DNA of 64,000 nucleotides from Cercozoa sp. M6MM (lineage: Eukaryota; Protista; Endomyxa: Ascetosporea): NCBI GenBank assembly GCA_040357565.1, contig JBDODJ010000028.1; one strand, given 5' to 3'. Position 1 is the first letter of the stretch. Every line of letters begins with the position of its first letter. The notes beneath the pieces were generated by a model. That model saw only the letters and a program-made list of their open reading frames with translations. It was not told the origin of the DNA and did no database searches. The translations under genes and the position numbers were made by a program. Below are positions 1-16,397 of the stretch, in pieces.

Positions 1-416
1 ATAGCGTTTCGCCGCTACCCCTGTGCGCGGCCTACATTGTACCTTACGCTACACTGCCTCGTGATCGCACGATGCCATCTGTGTGGTTTGATTCGTGAGC
101 ACAGGTTCGCGCGTGGTTGATGTCACGCTGGCACAATGACTTTGCGAGTTGGAAGCTTAGCTCTCCAAACAGCTTTGTTTTTTACGCGGTTCGATCCTTA
201 TCTTCGCTGTCAAATGTTGCATCCTATATGTTTCCCACCGTGCAGGTTTGGTTGCTGTCGTTATGTGGAGCCTCTGGATTCTTCGTACTGTGGATACGCC
301 TGGTGCGTCGCATTGCGCTCCGTATGTTCACCGTCCATGCCGGTCTGTACGTCGATTCACGAGGTCCGTTCAAGCTCAGCGAAATCTCGCGGACATTGCA
401 GACTCAGAATCAATGA
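1..416 (+). CDS. 3' end of a hydrophobic (probably multi-pass membrane) protein; 5' part lies outside the window
   Basis: Exons ...PLCAAYI|VRAWLMSRWHNDF...FVFYA|VWLLSLCGASGFFVLWIRLVRRIALRMF...QTQNQ* joined by GT-AG introns; hydrophobic segments. Confidence 0.45.
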
Positions 417-617
417 CACATGACGGCATCCGATCCGCCACGGTCGACACGATGGATAGCTTTTGCAGTACTACTGATTACTTTCCTCACTGGCAGTCGA
501 AATCGCCAAATACGTTGTACATTCGGTAGACTTTTTGCTCCTAGACTATTATTGGTCGGCGCTCTACATGAAGACAATACACCTTAAATTCAGCGATTTT
601 TACTCATGCATCGCGTT

Positions 618-1566
618 TTAGAGTGCCAAATGACGGGTTGGATACTGACTCTTCCTTCGTTTAAAACTAAAATCAGTAAAATCCGTCACGTCAGCTCATT
701 GCCAAGAATGACAGCTTCTGGGTTCGCGAGCAGGTCATCCACATCGCGAAGCGAAACCACCTATCAACAAACAATTATTTACAGTTTTTAAACAATTAAA
801 CCACCTATCAACAAACAATTATCATCGCGAAGCATACATGATCTCCGTATCCGTACTCCAAAATAATGCTCAGTGCATCCTGCGATACGTTAAACCGCTG
901 TCTCATCTGCTGCACCACTTCCACGGCTCGCACACGCAATTGCGCACGCATGCAAAAGTACACCAAGTCGCTACAAGAGGAAGTCAGGCACACATGTATC
1001 TGTTTTCGACCTCAATCGCCGACACATACACACGCCGTAACGCAAAGTTACCCGGTTGATGTAAGCGTGTAATGCTTCCGAGGCGAGAGTACACGCATGC
1101 ACTTGGCTACATACAACTCGCCTGGCTTAGGCTGAGCCTCCTGTGCCATTAAAATCACGCGATGGCTGGCCGAATTCATTCATTCGCATAAATTGATGCT
1201 ACCAGAAGTTGTTGCCGGCGACGAAAGTACTCTGTGCTGCTAATCCCTGGACAGCAATTTCTTCAGAGACACCCGCAACAACACGAGATAAACTGAAGAA
1301 AAACACTAAGTGTACCATCAAAAGAGTTCAGGACACCAGCGTCCTGGCACACCACTCCTGTGAAGGCACGATCCAGCAGCGTAGCAACTGCTTTCTACAC
1401 TCAGAACACTTGCATCACGCAAAGAGCAAAGGGGCAACTCAAAATTTGAAGGCACCGGCAACAGCGGCAAGCCGTTGTCATGCAAGCCTTGCAGCAGCAA
1501 TGTGGCAATATGCCACGCACGGTGCAGCGATCGACAGTCCATCTTGGTGTCTGGCTCGGCTCCTGT

Positions 1567-1605
<39 letters not shown>

Positions 1606-2754
1606 TTGTAACAAAAGGTTAAAACATCTACGCGCAAGAGCACGAGTCAAAGCCGGGTACCGAACCACTCGCGGGCGCCGACCCAAGAATAAAAGCGCTT
1701 AAAGAATGCGCTCTCATCAAAGCCCACGCACGTGTTGGGTCGAGTGTGCAACTCCAGCTCCAGCAATCGCACAGCTCGTTGCATGCGACGCAGACGAAAC
1801 TGCATGTCTCGACGTAGTGCCCCTGTAGACGATACATTTCATGACGCCAGGGTTTCGTTTAAAGGGAGGGCGGTGTACCCACGTTGTTTTCCCCAAAGCC
1901 CGCGTTCGCAAGCGATGGACGCGCTTTAAGTGCCTGCAGCACCACTTGCAGACCTACACAACGCAGCGAGGATAATGAGCACATCAGACAAGATGCACAC
2001 AAGCGGACACACAAGAGTGCAGTCAGTGTCGTACCATATCCCACAGGTTGCGGCGACAGCAGTGGTTGCAGCGAGAAAACGCGACGCACCGCGCGTAGCA
2101 AGCGTTGGCACTCGATTGGCGCCAGAGGCAGCAATAGTGTCGTAATCATCTTTGAAAAGGTACCAAATAAAAACAGCATACACGTACAGAAACGCTGCAG
2201 GAACAAAGCTACAGTTCGCTGGAAGGAGATGACCACCTCGTGGTCCGGACTGACGCTCATGTCGAAAGAGTGATTGTTGCTACGCATAGTCACATTGGCC
2301 CACGTCCAAGACATTGCAGAAAAACGAGCACCAAGCAAACGAGACAACGCGAGCTAACACGTGCACTTGCAGTCGGTTGACGTAGTCAACTTCAAGTCCA
2401 CCGTCGGGCAGTCGCACCTGACGACACAGCGGAAAGTCATCGAGCTCGTCTTCCTCGCAGTCGTCGTCGTAGCCACTGGTGAGACATACGGCCACCATTG
2501 CCGGTGACGCAACTATGCACATACATCGGGCTACACACACAGACACACAGACACACAGACACACAGACACACAGACAAACACCTCAAGTTAGGACAGTGG
2601 TACAGCAACCAGCCTGCAAGAGCAGGTCTACGCACTCGAAGTGGCCCAGCGACGCCGCCAGCGTGCCGAGCGTATTTCGGTGCCGAGACGGTTGCTTCTG
2701 CTGCATCGTGATCGAGCTTGGTCCGCGACCTGCCTGTTGGCAGAGTCGCATGCA

Positions 2755-2805
<51 letters not shown>

Positions 2806-5146
2806 GCATGGTGCATAGTAGTGTATGCAGTACAGCGGCGCGTTTTTGAGGCAAGTGGAGCGATGAGTTGCGCTCGAACAGGGTGCGCCGCGTGCGAATG
2901 TCGTCCAAGGGGACGTCGATGCTGCAGATGCAAGTACAAACACAAAGGTACAGACAAGTGCAGACAAAGATAGCCAGTACTGTGCGAGCAGCATGGCGAG
3001 AAGTTCCGGGTCGTTCTCGAGAACAGCGCTACGTAAAACGTTTCTGTTCGGCTACTCAAATATCCAAAGTATCCTGGAACGCAAACACAGTCACACGGCA
3101 GAGCAAGCAAAAAGAGTGCTACCACGACGGTATTGGAGTCGAAGAGCGGCGCATCACGACGCGACATTATCGGATCGACCACTGCCCGAGCATGTGGCCC
3201 AGGAAGCGACTTGAGCACTCGTAGACACTCATCAATCACTCGGATCCACTGCGGCAGTGCAACGAACACATCAAGCACAGTAACTCAGACACTAAAGTGA
3301 CATACCTGCGAAGCGCCAGTATCATCGCCGACTTGACGCAGCTTATGAACGTTCTCGCACATCGACAGCAACAAATAACTGCTGCGATACATGAGCGTAT
3401 CGCGCACCAAATCCCTGTGAGGACACGACAGGCACCATGTGAACTGACTGCCGTTAAAAGTATCAACACAGAAAGACGGAAATCTACCGATGCGCAACAA
3501 GATGTTTCCATGCCACACATGTACAACCAACGCTGAAACTCTGCAAGGTCATTGGAGCCACCGTAACAGACAAAAGGGACAAAGCAGTAGAATGCCGTGG
3601 TACCAAAATTGCTGCCGAAAGAAGACGCCACCAATGCGTGTGCGGTTTCTCGATACTGCTCGCCTTTTTTCGGCTAGTTTCGCTTCTTTTGCTGTCTCCT
3701 GCGACACCCTCGGTGGCAGTGTCAGTGTTACAAATAAACACGTCGCCGCGTTCCATGCACAGCTACAATGACGCCGAATCTCACCGAGACTCCACTAGCT
3801 GACACACGAAGAAATTACCCGCAGAGCCTGAGTGTTGCCGCTGCGTGCAAGTGCTGTCACCATCTGACGTCGCTGTGCTCACAACAGTCGTGTCAATGTT
3901 GTGAGATGACAAACACTTCATTGACGTAGAAAGGGTGAAGTCAAGCACAACGAACCACAGCAGGCTGGGCTAAACTGAGGTGCTCGATAATTCGAGCCAA
4001 CGCCTCGCGGTCTGACGCGTACCTAGCGCACTAAGACACGCAGAAACACATACAGGCAGTCAGATACGGAGAAGAAAAGGACACACAGCGATCTGCAAGG
4101 CCAGTTTCCGTTGCGAGATTAAGAAATCGCTACACACTCAAACAGGTGAATTTCTTTCTCAAAATCAATTGTTTTTCAAGGCGGAGAATGTACTATCGCA
4201 TGACGAGTGTTTGCGAAGCTAGGTGCGAAAATCCGTGCGTTCGCTGCGTTAGTTGGTACGCAGCTTCCAGCAAGGCAAGAATAGTGCTGCACGTCGCTGC
4301 GCACAGCACGCACAGGTGGTAGGTACACTCACGACCACAAAGACTAAAGACAAACGACAAAGTACACTTGTGATGCAGAGCCACAAACGTTAGCACAGTG
4401 AAGTCTGCCGCAAGAACAAACAAGAATAAACAAATACAACAAAATGTGGTGGAAGAGCAAGGTACTTTCACGAGCAAAGTATTTTGACGTGTCACGCAGC
4501 TGGAGGTGGCCAGCTGCAGGTGTACATTATTTCACTTGACAAAAATTCACAAAAACACAACGCACGGGTCGAGTTTTCGTCGACAGGCCAATCAAAGCTC
4601 TTCTTTTGCCCAGCCGGTAGATCACACTCCGCGAGTTCTTCGCCTGCACAACAAAGACCAGCTGGATGGCAGGTTTCGTGCGCGCGAACTGCATCATTAC
4701 CGAGGAATTCAAGCCAACTGTCAACCTTCGCATCGTACCTACCGCGCTTAGAGTATACTGGGCTGAGTATACATTTGCACATGTGAAGTTTACTCAAGGT
4801 TTCTGTTCGTCTCGATTTGGTATACTATGTCGCTGGCGCTCACTTGCGGCTACCACCAAAGGACACGATGCACAAGACATACTGGAAAATGACTTTTCCG
4901 TACTCCTTGCCGAGGGCCAGGTGCGCTCGATGAAACTCCCATTTGACACAGAAAAAACTCGGCCGTCTGACCAGGATCTATCGAAACGCCTACAGAACTG
5001 AGAGAGGGTGAAACTTAGAGCTTATAGCTGTACCTAGCAGCTACAGCAGTACATCTGTGACGTTCCTGCTCAGACAGAGCACGAACAGCCGTGACGGGAC
5101 CGGTCGGGGCGGCATCACACCGGCAGCAGTACGACCATCTCCGCAT
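618..5146 (-). CDS. Multi-exon hypothetical protein containing an ankyrin-like repeat; boundaries approximate
   Basis: Exon at about 2590-2720 encodes NTLGTLAASLGHFECVDLLLQAG (ankyrin-like). Other coding-like exons include ALRRDMQFRLRRMQRAVRLLELELH and DLVYFCMRAQLRVRAVEVVQQMRQRF...IILEYGYG, flanked by GT-AG introns. Confidence 0.45.
2755..2803. repeat. Intronic (TA)n microsatellite (a similar one lies at about 1572-1602)
   Basis: Visible directly. Confidence 0.9.
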
Positions 5147-5265
5147 GTACGTACAGCTGTATCCCAGGTACCGAGCATACGAAATGTGCTTCGACTGTAA
5201 CGCAATTTGATTAAACATACACATACGTTCAGTTGGATCAACACGACACATAGACGCGCAATAAA

Positions 5266-7216
<1,951 letters not shown>

Positions 7217-7505
7217 TATACTAAAAACACGCTGCTAGACACAAGCTTGAACCACAGTTTGATTAATTTGCTGGCTTGTTTGATTCAACGAGTCGTTTGG
7301 CAGTACTGGACTGTACTCAGTCAGTACTGGACCGTTAAACCGAGTTATTGGCTACAAAAGATTGGCACCAAAACAACAGCATGGTGTTTTGCCTGCTCTA
7401 AGCAGCCAGGCGCTGGTCTCTGTTCTTTTGCAAGCGGCTTGCAGGGTTATTGAGGTTGTTCTGAGACACAACACAGCAACACACAAGGAAGGTACCCAAA
7501 GGTAG

Positions 7506-8413
7506 ATGATGGTCAGTTTTGGTCCCGCCGAAGCGTCACGATCTGTCCGTCATACCTGCGAGTGGTTCTACAGATGGTGATGCGCCGTGTTTCCGAGCCG
7601 CAGCACTACATATCACTGGATGCACGTGCGAGTATAAGCAAGACGCGTACCCCACCTGGCCAAGAGCGCTATTCGTCTTCGGTGAAGGTAAAATGTTTTG
7701 GCGGGCTGGGGATTGCCTAACTTGAACATGGTTTAATTTGTGTGGCATGTTTTAGGCTGGTCTCGTTGTGTTGGGCCTACTGTGCGTGGGGATTTTCTTT
7801 CACGTGTTGTCTTCGCCTCTGTACGGGACCAACACGGTCAATCTGAACCAGCATGGAAACGGGGGTCTTCGCGATGTTGTCGACGGTGAACTGAACGATG
7901 GCTTTGACACCAACAACGAAAATGACGGCATGAACGTCGATGTGCCCAAGAAATTCGTAAAAGTGCTCCCTGCCACGACGCTCTTGGCCGAGCCACGCCT
8001 CCAAGTCCACGTTCAGTCGAGTCGCCAGAGCATGGCCTCGAGCTCTCACTTTCGTGCACTTATGGTGACAAGTGGTACTTGCTCTCATACCCTTACTTGA
8101 CAGTTTCTGAACATACTGGCTGACGGTGTGTTTTCGCAGAAATGCACGGTAGCACCGACAACCTGCGCAGTGAGATTGTTTTGCATGTCGGTGGTGGCTC
8201 GCTGTGTGGACACCACGGTTCAAAGCACACCGGCATTTCGAATGATGGTGTCAACTCGTACTTTGACGATGGTACCATCGTGCTAATGCTTGGAGACGCC
8301 GTCTATGCGATGCAAACACCAACGTCAGAACTTTTGCATCGCTATGCGCTATCTGGTACGTGTGTCTGTGTCTGTGTCTGTGTCTGTGTCTGTGTCTGTG
8401 TGTGTGTGAGTGT

Positions 8414-8465
<52 letters not shown>

Positions 8466-9389
8466 CTGTTGCTTGGGTACAGAGTCGGCGTTCTGTGCTG
8501 CCGTTAAAAGCAAGTGGTACCACGATCCCTCCGTTGAGCACGAGGAGGAGCTTGCTACATGCCGTGCGCGGTTTCTGTGGAGCACTGACGACAACCTCGG
8601 CGCTTGGCTTACCGTATCGATACTGTTTGCTACCTTCTGTTTGTTTAATCCTACCCTCTTTTAAGCAGCGGTTGAGCAACGTTCCCTTTGTGTGCGGCGA
8701 ACTACGCGCCTTTCGAGACAAGTACGGCGAAAACAGCGTTCCTCGCCTCTCGCGCATGCCAGCTCTCTCTGCGGTGGTGAGTTAAACTCTTCTTCTTGTA
8801 CTCTTAATCGCTCGGAGAAAAGACTCTTGCGATATTAGAGCGAGGTGGACATGCGAAATTCGCTGAGTATTTCGTACCCAAGTGAAACCCCCGTCAACAG
8901 TCGCGGTTTCGTTCTCTCAGCTGCAGAGAAATTCGCTCCCGAGATTAGCGCACTTGTCGACTTGCGGTACGTCCTTCTCTCATTCTTCTGCTTCTTTACT
9001 TGCAATACTAGGAGGTGCTGTAGTCAGTTGCCTGGAGTCCGTCTTTTTAAGAGCGCCGACGATGAGATCGGTGGCATTGACGTTGAGGTCACCAACATGC
9101 TGTGGTTTCAGCGAGTCGAATCTGGTGCTGTAAGTTTGATCAGTTTGAAAATCTATGCGTACGCGCGATGAAGTGCATTTGGCAGGCCCACCCGGACTAC
9201 GATCGCCTTGTCAAACATAGGCGTGCTCTCGAGCAGATGCAAGACGCTGAGGAACAACAGGAAAAGCTAGAGAAAAAACGCAAGGTCGCTCAAATTGCAC
9301 ATGAAAACGACAATGGTGGTGCGAATGCAGATGAAGACGACGGGAAGCCAGCCAACGTGAAAAAGCCATGGGGGAAACCAGCGCCATAG
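7506..9389 (+). CDS. Hypothetical type II membrane protein (single N-terminal TM segment), multi-exon
   Basis: Exons join as MVMRRVSEPQ...AGLVVLGLLCVGIFFHVL (TM)...KPWGKPAP*; no recognisable catalytic motif. Start is either 7506 or 7574. Confidence 0.55.
8360..8462 (+). repeat. Intronic (TGTGTC)n/(TG)n microsatellite
   Basis: Visible directly inside the intron that starts gtacgt. Confidence 0.95.
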
Positions 9390-9581
9390 CTACAGTTTTA
9401 GAACATCTAGTGTCACGTGGAATATAATAAATAGAAAAAACTGAATAAAAATAAATAACCAAACCTACACAAGATACTGTTAAAGTTGCGAATTTATTCT
9501 TCAGCTGTTAAAGTTTCTGTTCAGCTTTTACAGTTTCTGTGCTTTTAAAGTTTCTGTGTGTGTCAGCGTCTGCTTAAGACC

Positions 9582-11726
9582 ATGTCGGACGACGACACAC
9601 ACTTTGGGGACTCATCTACTTTGCTGGTGCATTTATGCTGGATTTTTTGTTGATAAAGCAGTGATTCATTGTTACATGTGCAATCTCGCTGCGGTAGGCC
9701 TCAGTAACGGCGCTGTTGTTGTGTGCCATCGTTATTGGAATCTGGATACACAATTTTTCGTTCAAATGGATCCACGAATCAGGCACTTCGATTGCTCTTG
9801 GCTTTGGGTATCTCTGTCTGTGTATGCAAGTGCGAACAGAGCGTTTTCTGACAAGTGCACGCGTAGGTTCGGCATGTTGGTGCACCATGTGATTCCAGAC
9901 TCACCGCTCGCCAATCTCGATTTTTCTCACGACGTGTTCTTTGAGTTCTTCTTGCCGCCGATCATTTTCTGCGCCGGGTACACGAGGAGTATATTCGCTC
10001 GCCCTTTTTTTCCTCCTTGCTTTAACCAATCCTTTTTGCCTCCCAGATACACTCTGCGAAAGCGCAACTTTTTTCGAAACATTCGAGTGGTACATATTGC
10101 CATACAAGTATGGCTACCTTCAACCATATTGATGGTTGGACGGAGTAGATCATGCTGCTCGGCGTGGTCTGTACGATCTTGCAGTTCGTGCTGCTTGGTG
10201 CTGGAGCCGCTTTGTTCAACGCCTGGGGACTTGCCAATACCGATGGTACTCTTTGCTGGATACCGAGGTTACCAGGGAGGGCGCAAAGGCAGCGAGTGAA
10301 TTTAAAACCTTCCTGCAGCTGCGCCGAATGGACTGACTCCGGTCGAGTGCCTAGTGTTTGCCGTAGCTTGCACAACATGTGTTGTATCTGTGTGTATGTG
10401 TATATGTATGCGTGCGTGTATGTATATACCTATACGTATATGTGTTTATGTATTTGTGCATGTCAGTGTGTCTGGCATATATGTAAATATACCAATACGT
10501 ATATGTGTTTATGTATGTGTGTATGTCAGTGTGTCTGTGTATGCGTTAAATTTACAAGTACGCGTAGTCCATCATGTCAGCCACGGATTCGGTTGCTGTG
10601 CTGTCGCTTCTTAAGCAGGAATCGCAACCCACTTTGTTCGGTATTCTGAGTGGCGAGGTACCGTTGTGTCGTACTATAGAACACTGACCTACCTGCCTAC
10701 GTGTGTGTGTGTGTGTGTGTGTGGTGTGTGTGTGTGTGTGTGGTGTGTGTGTGTGTGTGTGTGTTGGGATTGCACAGGCCATGGTGAACGACGCCGTGGC
10801 CATTGTGCTGTTCAAGAGGTACGGTTGGCATCTCTACTTGGCCGCTTCTCCTTTTGACTTCCCCCCCCCCCCCCCGTCACAGTATCACGAACGTCTCTGT
10901 GCGCAACGACCACCTTGCCATCACGTGGGTATGCACAATCTCCATACTCCAAGGAGTAAATGTGCACTACTGTGCGACAAATACAGGGCTTTGTTGGCAA
11001 CTTTATCGGCGAATTCTTGGCGCTTTTTTTCGGCTCGATCGCTCTCGGTCTCCTCTTTGGCTTGGGTACCTACCTATTGCTTTCCCTGGGGTCACACCCC
11101 TGCTAGCCTACTTGTAGTATGTGTCTATGTGTGTTTATGTGTATGTGCAGTGGCTAGCGCCTTCTTCTTTTGGCTGCGTGGTCCGCATAAGGTACCTGGC
11201 CGTGCCAGAAGCATGCATGGAACGCATAGATTTTTTGTGGAAACTGAGGTAGCCGCACGCGGCGCACGAAGTCGCAGCCGTGTTTTTCTTTGGGTTCACG
11301 TGCTACCTGTCGACCGAGGGTAGTAGACACTCACTCTCACTGCCTTATAAGTGCTTTACATACACGCAGTGTTCCACATGAGCGGCATCATTGCACTATT
11401 TGTCTGTGGCATCGGTACTGTCCAGTGCTGTTCTCTACCCTTACTGTCAGACTTATGTCAGGTGTGTGTGTGTGTGTGCGCAGTGATGAATCACTACATG
11501 AGTCACTCGCTCAGCGAGGATGGTCATCATGCCTCGGTACCTTTCGCACTGTGATCGCGACTGTGCCGATTCGTGATGGAGTGAATGCTGACACAGTTCG
11601 CCTTCTTCAAGATCGTCGGCTTTATCGCAGAGACCTTTGTCTTTGTCGCTCTGGGATTCTTCCTGCCGCACTACATTGAGAGTAACAATTTAGACGTGAC
11701 TGGCTTTGCCTGCTTCTACCCTGGAC

Positions 11727-11758
<32 letters not shown>

Positions 11759-13062
11759 AATATGTGTGCGTATGTGTTCTGGCAGTTGCGGATGGTAACT
11801 TCTCGTGGCCTTTCCTTGTGACCATGATTGGGTAGAACGTGTTCTAACTCCGTTGGATCCTCGGGGACAATAAGTGTGTTTGTCTTGTTGCGTGTGACAC
11901 TGCAGCTACATTCTACTGACACGTGCTATCCTGGTGTTCGCCTTTGCCTACTTTTGTACTTTCATTTTTGTCTTGCGGTTGCTTTGGTTGTCGATGTGTG
12001 ATTGTGGCAGTGGGCAATCTCGGAAAGAAACACTACCAGCGAGTGCTTATGCCGCAAGTGGTTGTGCTTATCTACAGGTACACTCGCCCTTCCACCTTCT
12101 CTGGTGTCATCTTCTATCCCCATTGATGCAAGTACAGTGGCTCCATTCGTGGCGTGATCGCCTTCGCTCTGTCGCAGGAAGTGCATCAGGAGCACTCCAA
12201 CCTTATCGTACCTTCACATAAGATATATATATATATATAATATGTGTGTGTGTGTTTGTTTTTATTTGTTTTTTTGTTTTTGTTTTATTCAGATTTATAT
12301 ATTTATATATTCATAGATGTATTTTGCGCATGTGCACAGGTCACGATCACCTTCGGCATTGTGCTGGTACTTGGGCAGTGGAAATGTATGGCACAGTAGA
12401 TTATTGCATGGCATGGGGACGAGAGTAGCTCACGACGCTGGTGGGAGGCACGTTCACGAAGCCACTGTTCAACCTGATCAACCTGCAAGCTGTAGCTACC
12501 TCCTTCTCTCTGACTTCCCTCTCTCGGCATAACATGATTGTTGTACAGGCGGCAGACAAGCAGTTGTGGCCTGAGGACGAGCCGACCTCCCCTGTGTGAT
12601 CGCTCTGTGTGTATCTGTGTGTGGGTATGTGTGTGGGTATGTGTGTGTATGTGTTGTGTGTGTTTAACTAAACACCATAGGTGGCAGCCGTGCCACTATC
12701 ATCGCCGCTCGACGAAGCTCTCCTGGGCGAGGCCGAGCCTTCTGTACCCGCTCAATACTTCTAGAAGCGCGCGCGCGTGTGTGTGTACGCGAGAATGTGC
12801 GCGCAGAGAAGAGTCTCGCGATGCAGGCGCTTCACGGAGGCGTTCAAGCGCTTCGACCGGCGCTTCGTGATGCCACTAGTGGGCGGCCAGAACATGCTGC
12901 CACGCAGTCAGGAGCGCTTCGAAGACGGCGACGACGCCGACTCGGACGTGTAGGCCAGTCCCCCAGCCTCTACCACCGTCACTCTGTGTGTGTAGAGGAG
13001 GCGAGTGGAACGTCCAGACGCGCTCCTTTGTGCAGCACTCACTTATTGTTCCGTACTGTTTG

Positions 13063-13123
<61 letters not shown>

Positions 13124-13223
13124 NNNNNNNNNNNNNNNNNNNNNNNNNNNNNNNNNNNNNNNNNNNNNNNNNNNNNNNNNNNNNNNNNNNNNNNNNNNNN
13201 NNNNNNNNNNNNNNNNNNNNNNN

Positions 13224-13295
<72 letters not shown>

Positions 13296-13491
13296 CATCG
13301 TCGCGTATTGTTGGCGCAGTGCACGCGAAACACCGACGTCTCACAGTGCCTCCTCACTGATCGTACCAGTGCTTCAACTTCTTGTTTTCTGATTCCCGAC
13401 TGCCGATGCACAGGGAGAGCGGTCGCTGCACAACGATTCGGACCTCGACGCCGACGACAGCTCTCCTGACATCTACTTTTCGGAGGATTAA
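9582..13491 (+). CDS. Sodium/hydrogen exchanger (CPA1/SLC9/NHX family), many small exons
   Basis: Motifs FFEFFLPPIIFCAGY, NFFRNI, SIMSATDSVAVL, LFGILSGEAMVNDAVAIVLF, SGIIALFVCGI, AETFVFVALG and GSIRGVIAFALS; ends ...DIYFSED*. Confidence 0.93.
13068..13293 (+). repeat. Intronic (CA)n microsatellite with an assembly gap
   Basis: CA runs flank an N stretch of about 100 bases inside an NHX intron. Confidence 0.95.
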
Positions 13492-13920
13492 ATTGAACTT
13501 TCGACCGCTCGTTTTAGGTATCCTACCCTACCGACAGACGAAGCAGCTTGCCGCGTCCGGCTCTCATCGAATGATGATTTGAATCAGAACCGAGCACCAA
13601 ACAGTGCCACTGTAACGTAATTGCAAATTCTGTCAGTTCGTTGATTCAATTCGTCTTGCGTTGTCGTTTTACGTTTAGCCAACGTTCGGTTAACGGTAAC
13701 CGAAAACGGCCCAGAACGGAACGAGAACTGAGCAAACTGAACTACCTGCGCATCACATGGAATGATGGATCCATAAAACTAACGTAAGCCGACATCGCTT
13801 CTCGCGATTTAACTAGATCATAAATAAAACGACCGGACAGATACATACCGGCGTCGGAGAGACGAGAAGGACTAATCGTCGATCGAGCAAGCGGGAACAA
13901 GTGGACTAGCACAGCGCAGT

Positions 13921-16346
13921 CTACTCCGGCACGGCGGCCTTCTGCTGCTGCTGCAACTCTTCGTTTGTGTAGAACTCGTCCATCTTGACAGCGCCGCCAC
14001 GTTGCATGCGCAGCAGCTGCGCAGGGTGCTCGGCGCCGAGCTTCTCAAACTGGAGCTCAATCTTTCTGAGACCTTTCTCGATACGACTGCGCTGCACGTC
14101 ATCGCCGGCAAAACTCTTGCGCTGCGCGAGCAGTCGGCCATACCGTCGCACACCGCGCACGACGTCGTTGTACTGACGCCTCGACTGCACACACCCCAGG
14201 CAATGAGAGACATAACAGCACTGTGCAGATCGGTATATGGACAGGGAGGGCACCTCGAAGAAACGCGAGGAGATGTTCGGCAGCACGTCGGCGTCCTTGG
14301 CCGGCGTGTACTTGGCGAGGTCCAGGTGCTCGCGCAACAGGTCGAGCTCGGCCTCACGACTGCGCGCGTGCTGCTGCAGCGTCTTGCGGACGGCCGCGGC
14401 CACGACATCGGTGTGCTCGGCGTCCCACTGCTCCGTCGTCATGTCGCCTTCGGCGGCAGTAACGACGTCGTCGATGACGCTCGTGAAGGACAGGTTGCCC
14501 CGCTGCACCTCGGGCGCATCCATGACGCGTTCCGTGCGACTGCCGCTGCCACAGAAGAGTGCCGCCGGCGGTGCCGTGGCCATGCGCACCACGGCTGCTC
14601 GCTGCGTGAGCTGCGCCGTCGCTGGTGTCCTGAGCAATCGATTAGTGTCCACACACACACACACACACACACCCACATACCCACACACTCACACACCCAC
14701 ACACCCACACACCCACATACTCACACACCCACACACATGTGAGATGTACATCTCATCGACAGACTGCGTGGTCGGCAGGTCAGCCGAGCGCGTGCGCACG
14801 TCGGCACCGTACTCGGAGAGCAGGTGCAACAACCGGTCGCCGTGCTGCGGACTCGCCTTGAGCAACGCGTCGTGGAAGCCGCTCGGCAGCGCGCGGTCGG
14901 CGGCGGCCAGCACGGCGCGGCGCCAGGCACGCTCGAGCGGCGAGAAACGCTCGTCGTACGCGACGCGTCGCACGGCGCCGTGGTGGTCCATGCCGAAGCT
15001 CTCGAGCACGACGCCGTCGCTGCGGCCGAGCTTGGCGTCGACCTCGCTGGCAGCGGCGGCGGCGAGACGAGCCGCCTGGGCCGTCGACTTAGGTCGTCGC
15101 GTCATGACGGGCAGCATGCCGCCCAGCGTCAGCGTCGACAGACTCGCTAAATCGCACGCGTTCGTCGGCGACGCCGTGCCCGTGGTCTGCGGCTCTTCCG
15201 ATGACATGCGCTGCTGGCGCGCCGCTTCTGACCGCGCCGCCAGTGCCTGCACACAGTCGCAAGCACATATACACGTGTACATCTTGATACAGGGCACGCA
15301 CCTCCGGACTGCCAGGCTCCATGCCGCTCTCGGTGTAGAGCACACCGTCACCATGGTCGATGCTGCCCTCACTGGCGTCGAGCACGCGCGCGTCGGCCGT
15401 CGTGCAGAAGTGCTGTACCAGTGCCGAGGCCACGGCGGCGGCGTCGCTGCTCGACATGACGGTCTGCAGGTGCTCGTGCAGCTGCTGGCGCGCCTCGCTC
15501 GGCGCGAACGCCTCGTGCACCTGCTGCGCCAGGTCGTGCGCCGCCTTGACGGCCGGCTTGACTACGAGGTTGCGCTCGAATCGCTCGCCGATGATGGCGC
15601 CCGAGTGTTTGTCCACCGTGTGCTCGGCACCCAGACCTGCAGCCACACATGCACATGCAGTACAAGACAAGACAAGACAGGGGAAAAACAATGGCAGGGA
15701 AGGTGGCAGTACTCTTGGGCATGCTGGCACGGTTGCGCAGGTACTCCTTCATGGCGCGCGTGGCCACGGCATCCTGCGACTCCTCGAACGTCTCGGGTTC
15801 CTTCGACTCGTACACCGGGTCGAACGGCGTCTCGCTTGCGCCGGTTGCCTTCTTGGCACGCTGGCGGTCGGCCTGTCACACATACATACACATACACATA
15901 CACACATACACACACACACACACACTTACACATACAAGGTAAACACACACAGACACACAGACACACGCGCAGGTAGGGGCTGGGTGCAAACGTACATCGT
16001 CGCCCATGAGTTCGACGACCTCGTTGTCGACCGGGAGCTTGTAGGTAGCGTTGATCTTGTCACCGTGCGTCTTGGCCTCGGCAATACCGCGCGCCAGCAA
16101 GTCCAGCACCGTGTAGACCGACTGCGGCGACGCCGTGTTGCACGGAATGGCGTACGTGATGGCACGCAGGTCGTCGTGTGCGTCAACGAGCGACACCACC
16201 GGGATGTGCGCCGATGCCGCCTCGCGCAGCAGCGACATCTTGCCGTGCCGGTCGGCCACGACGATCACGTCGGGCGCCGTCTCCAGTCGCGAGAAATTAA
16301 CCTCGGCCTCTGTGGGTGCTTCCTGTGCGCGCTTAATACATACAGC

Positions 16347-16397
<51 letters not shown>

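Noticed and set aside
13123-13223. N runs (also at about 17555, 22357, 45404, 49265, 52911 and 63078)
   Set aside because: These are assembly gaps inside microsatellites; true repeat lengths are unknown.
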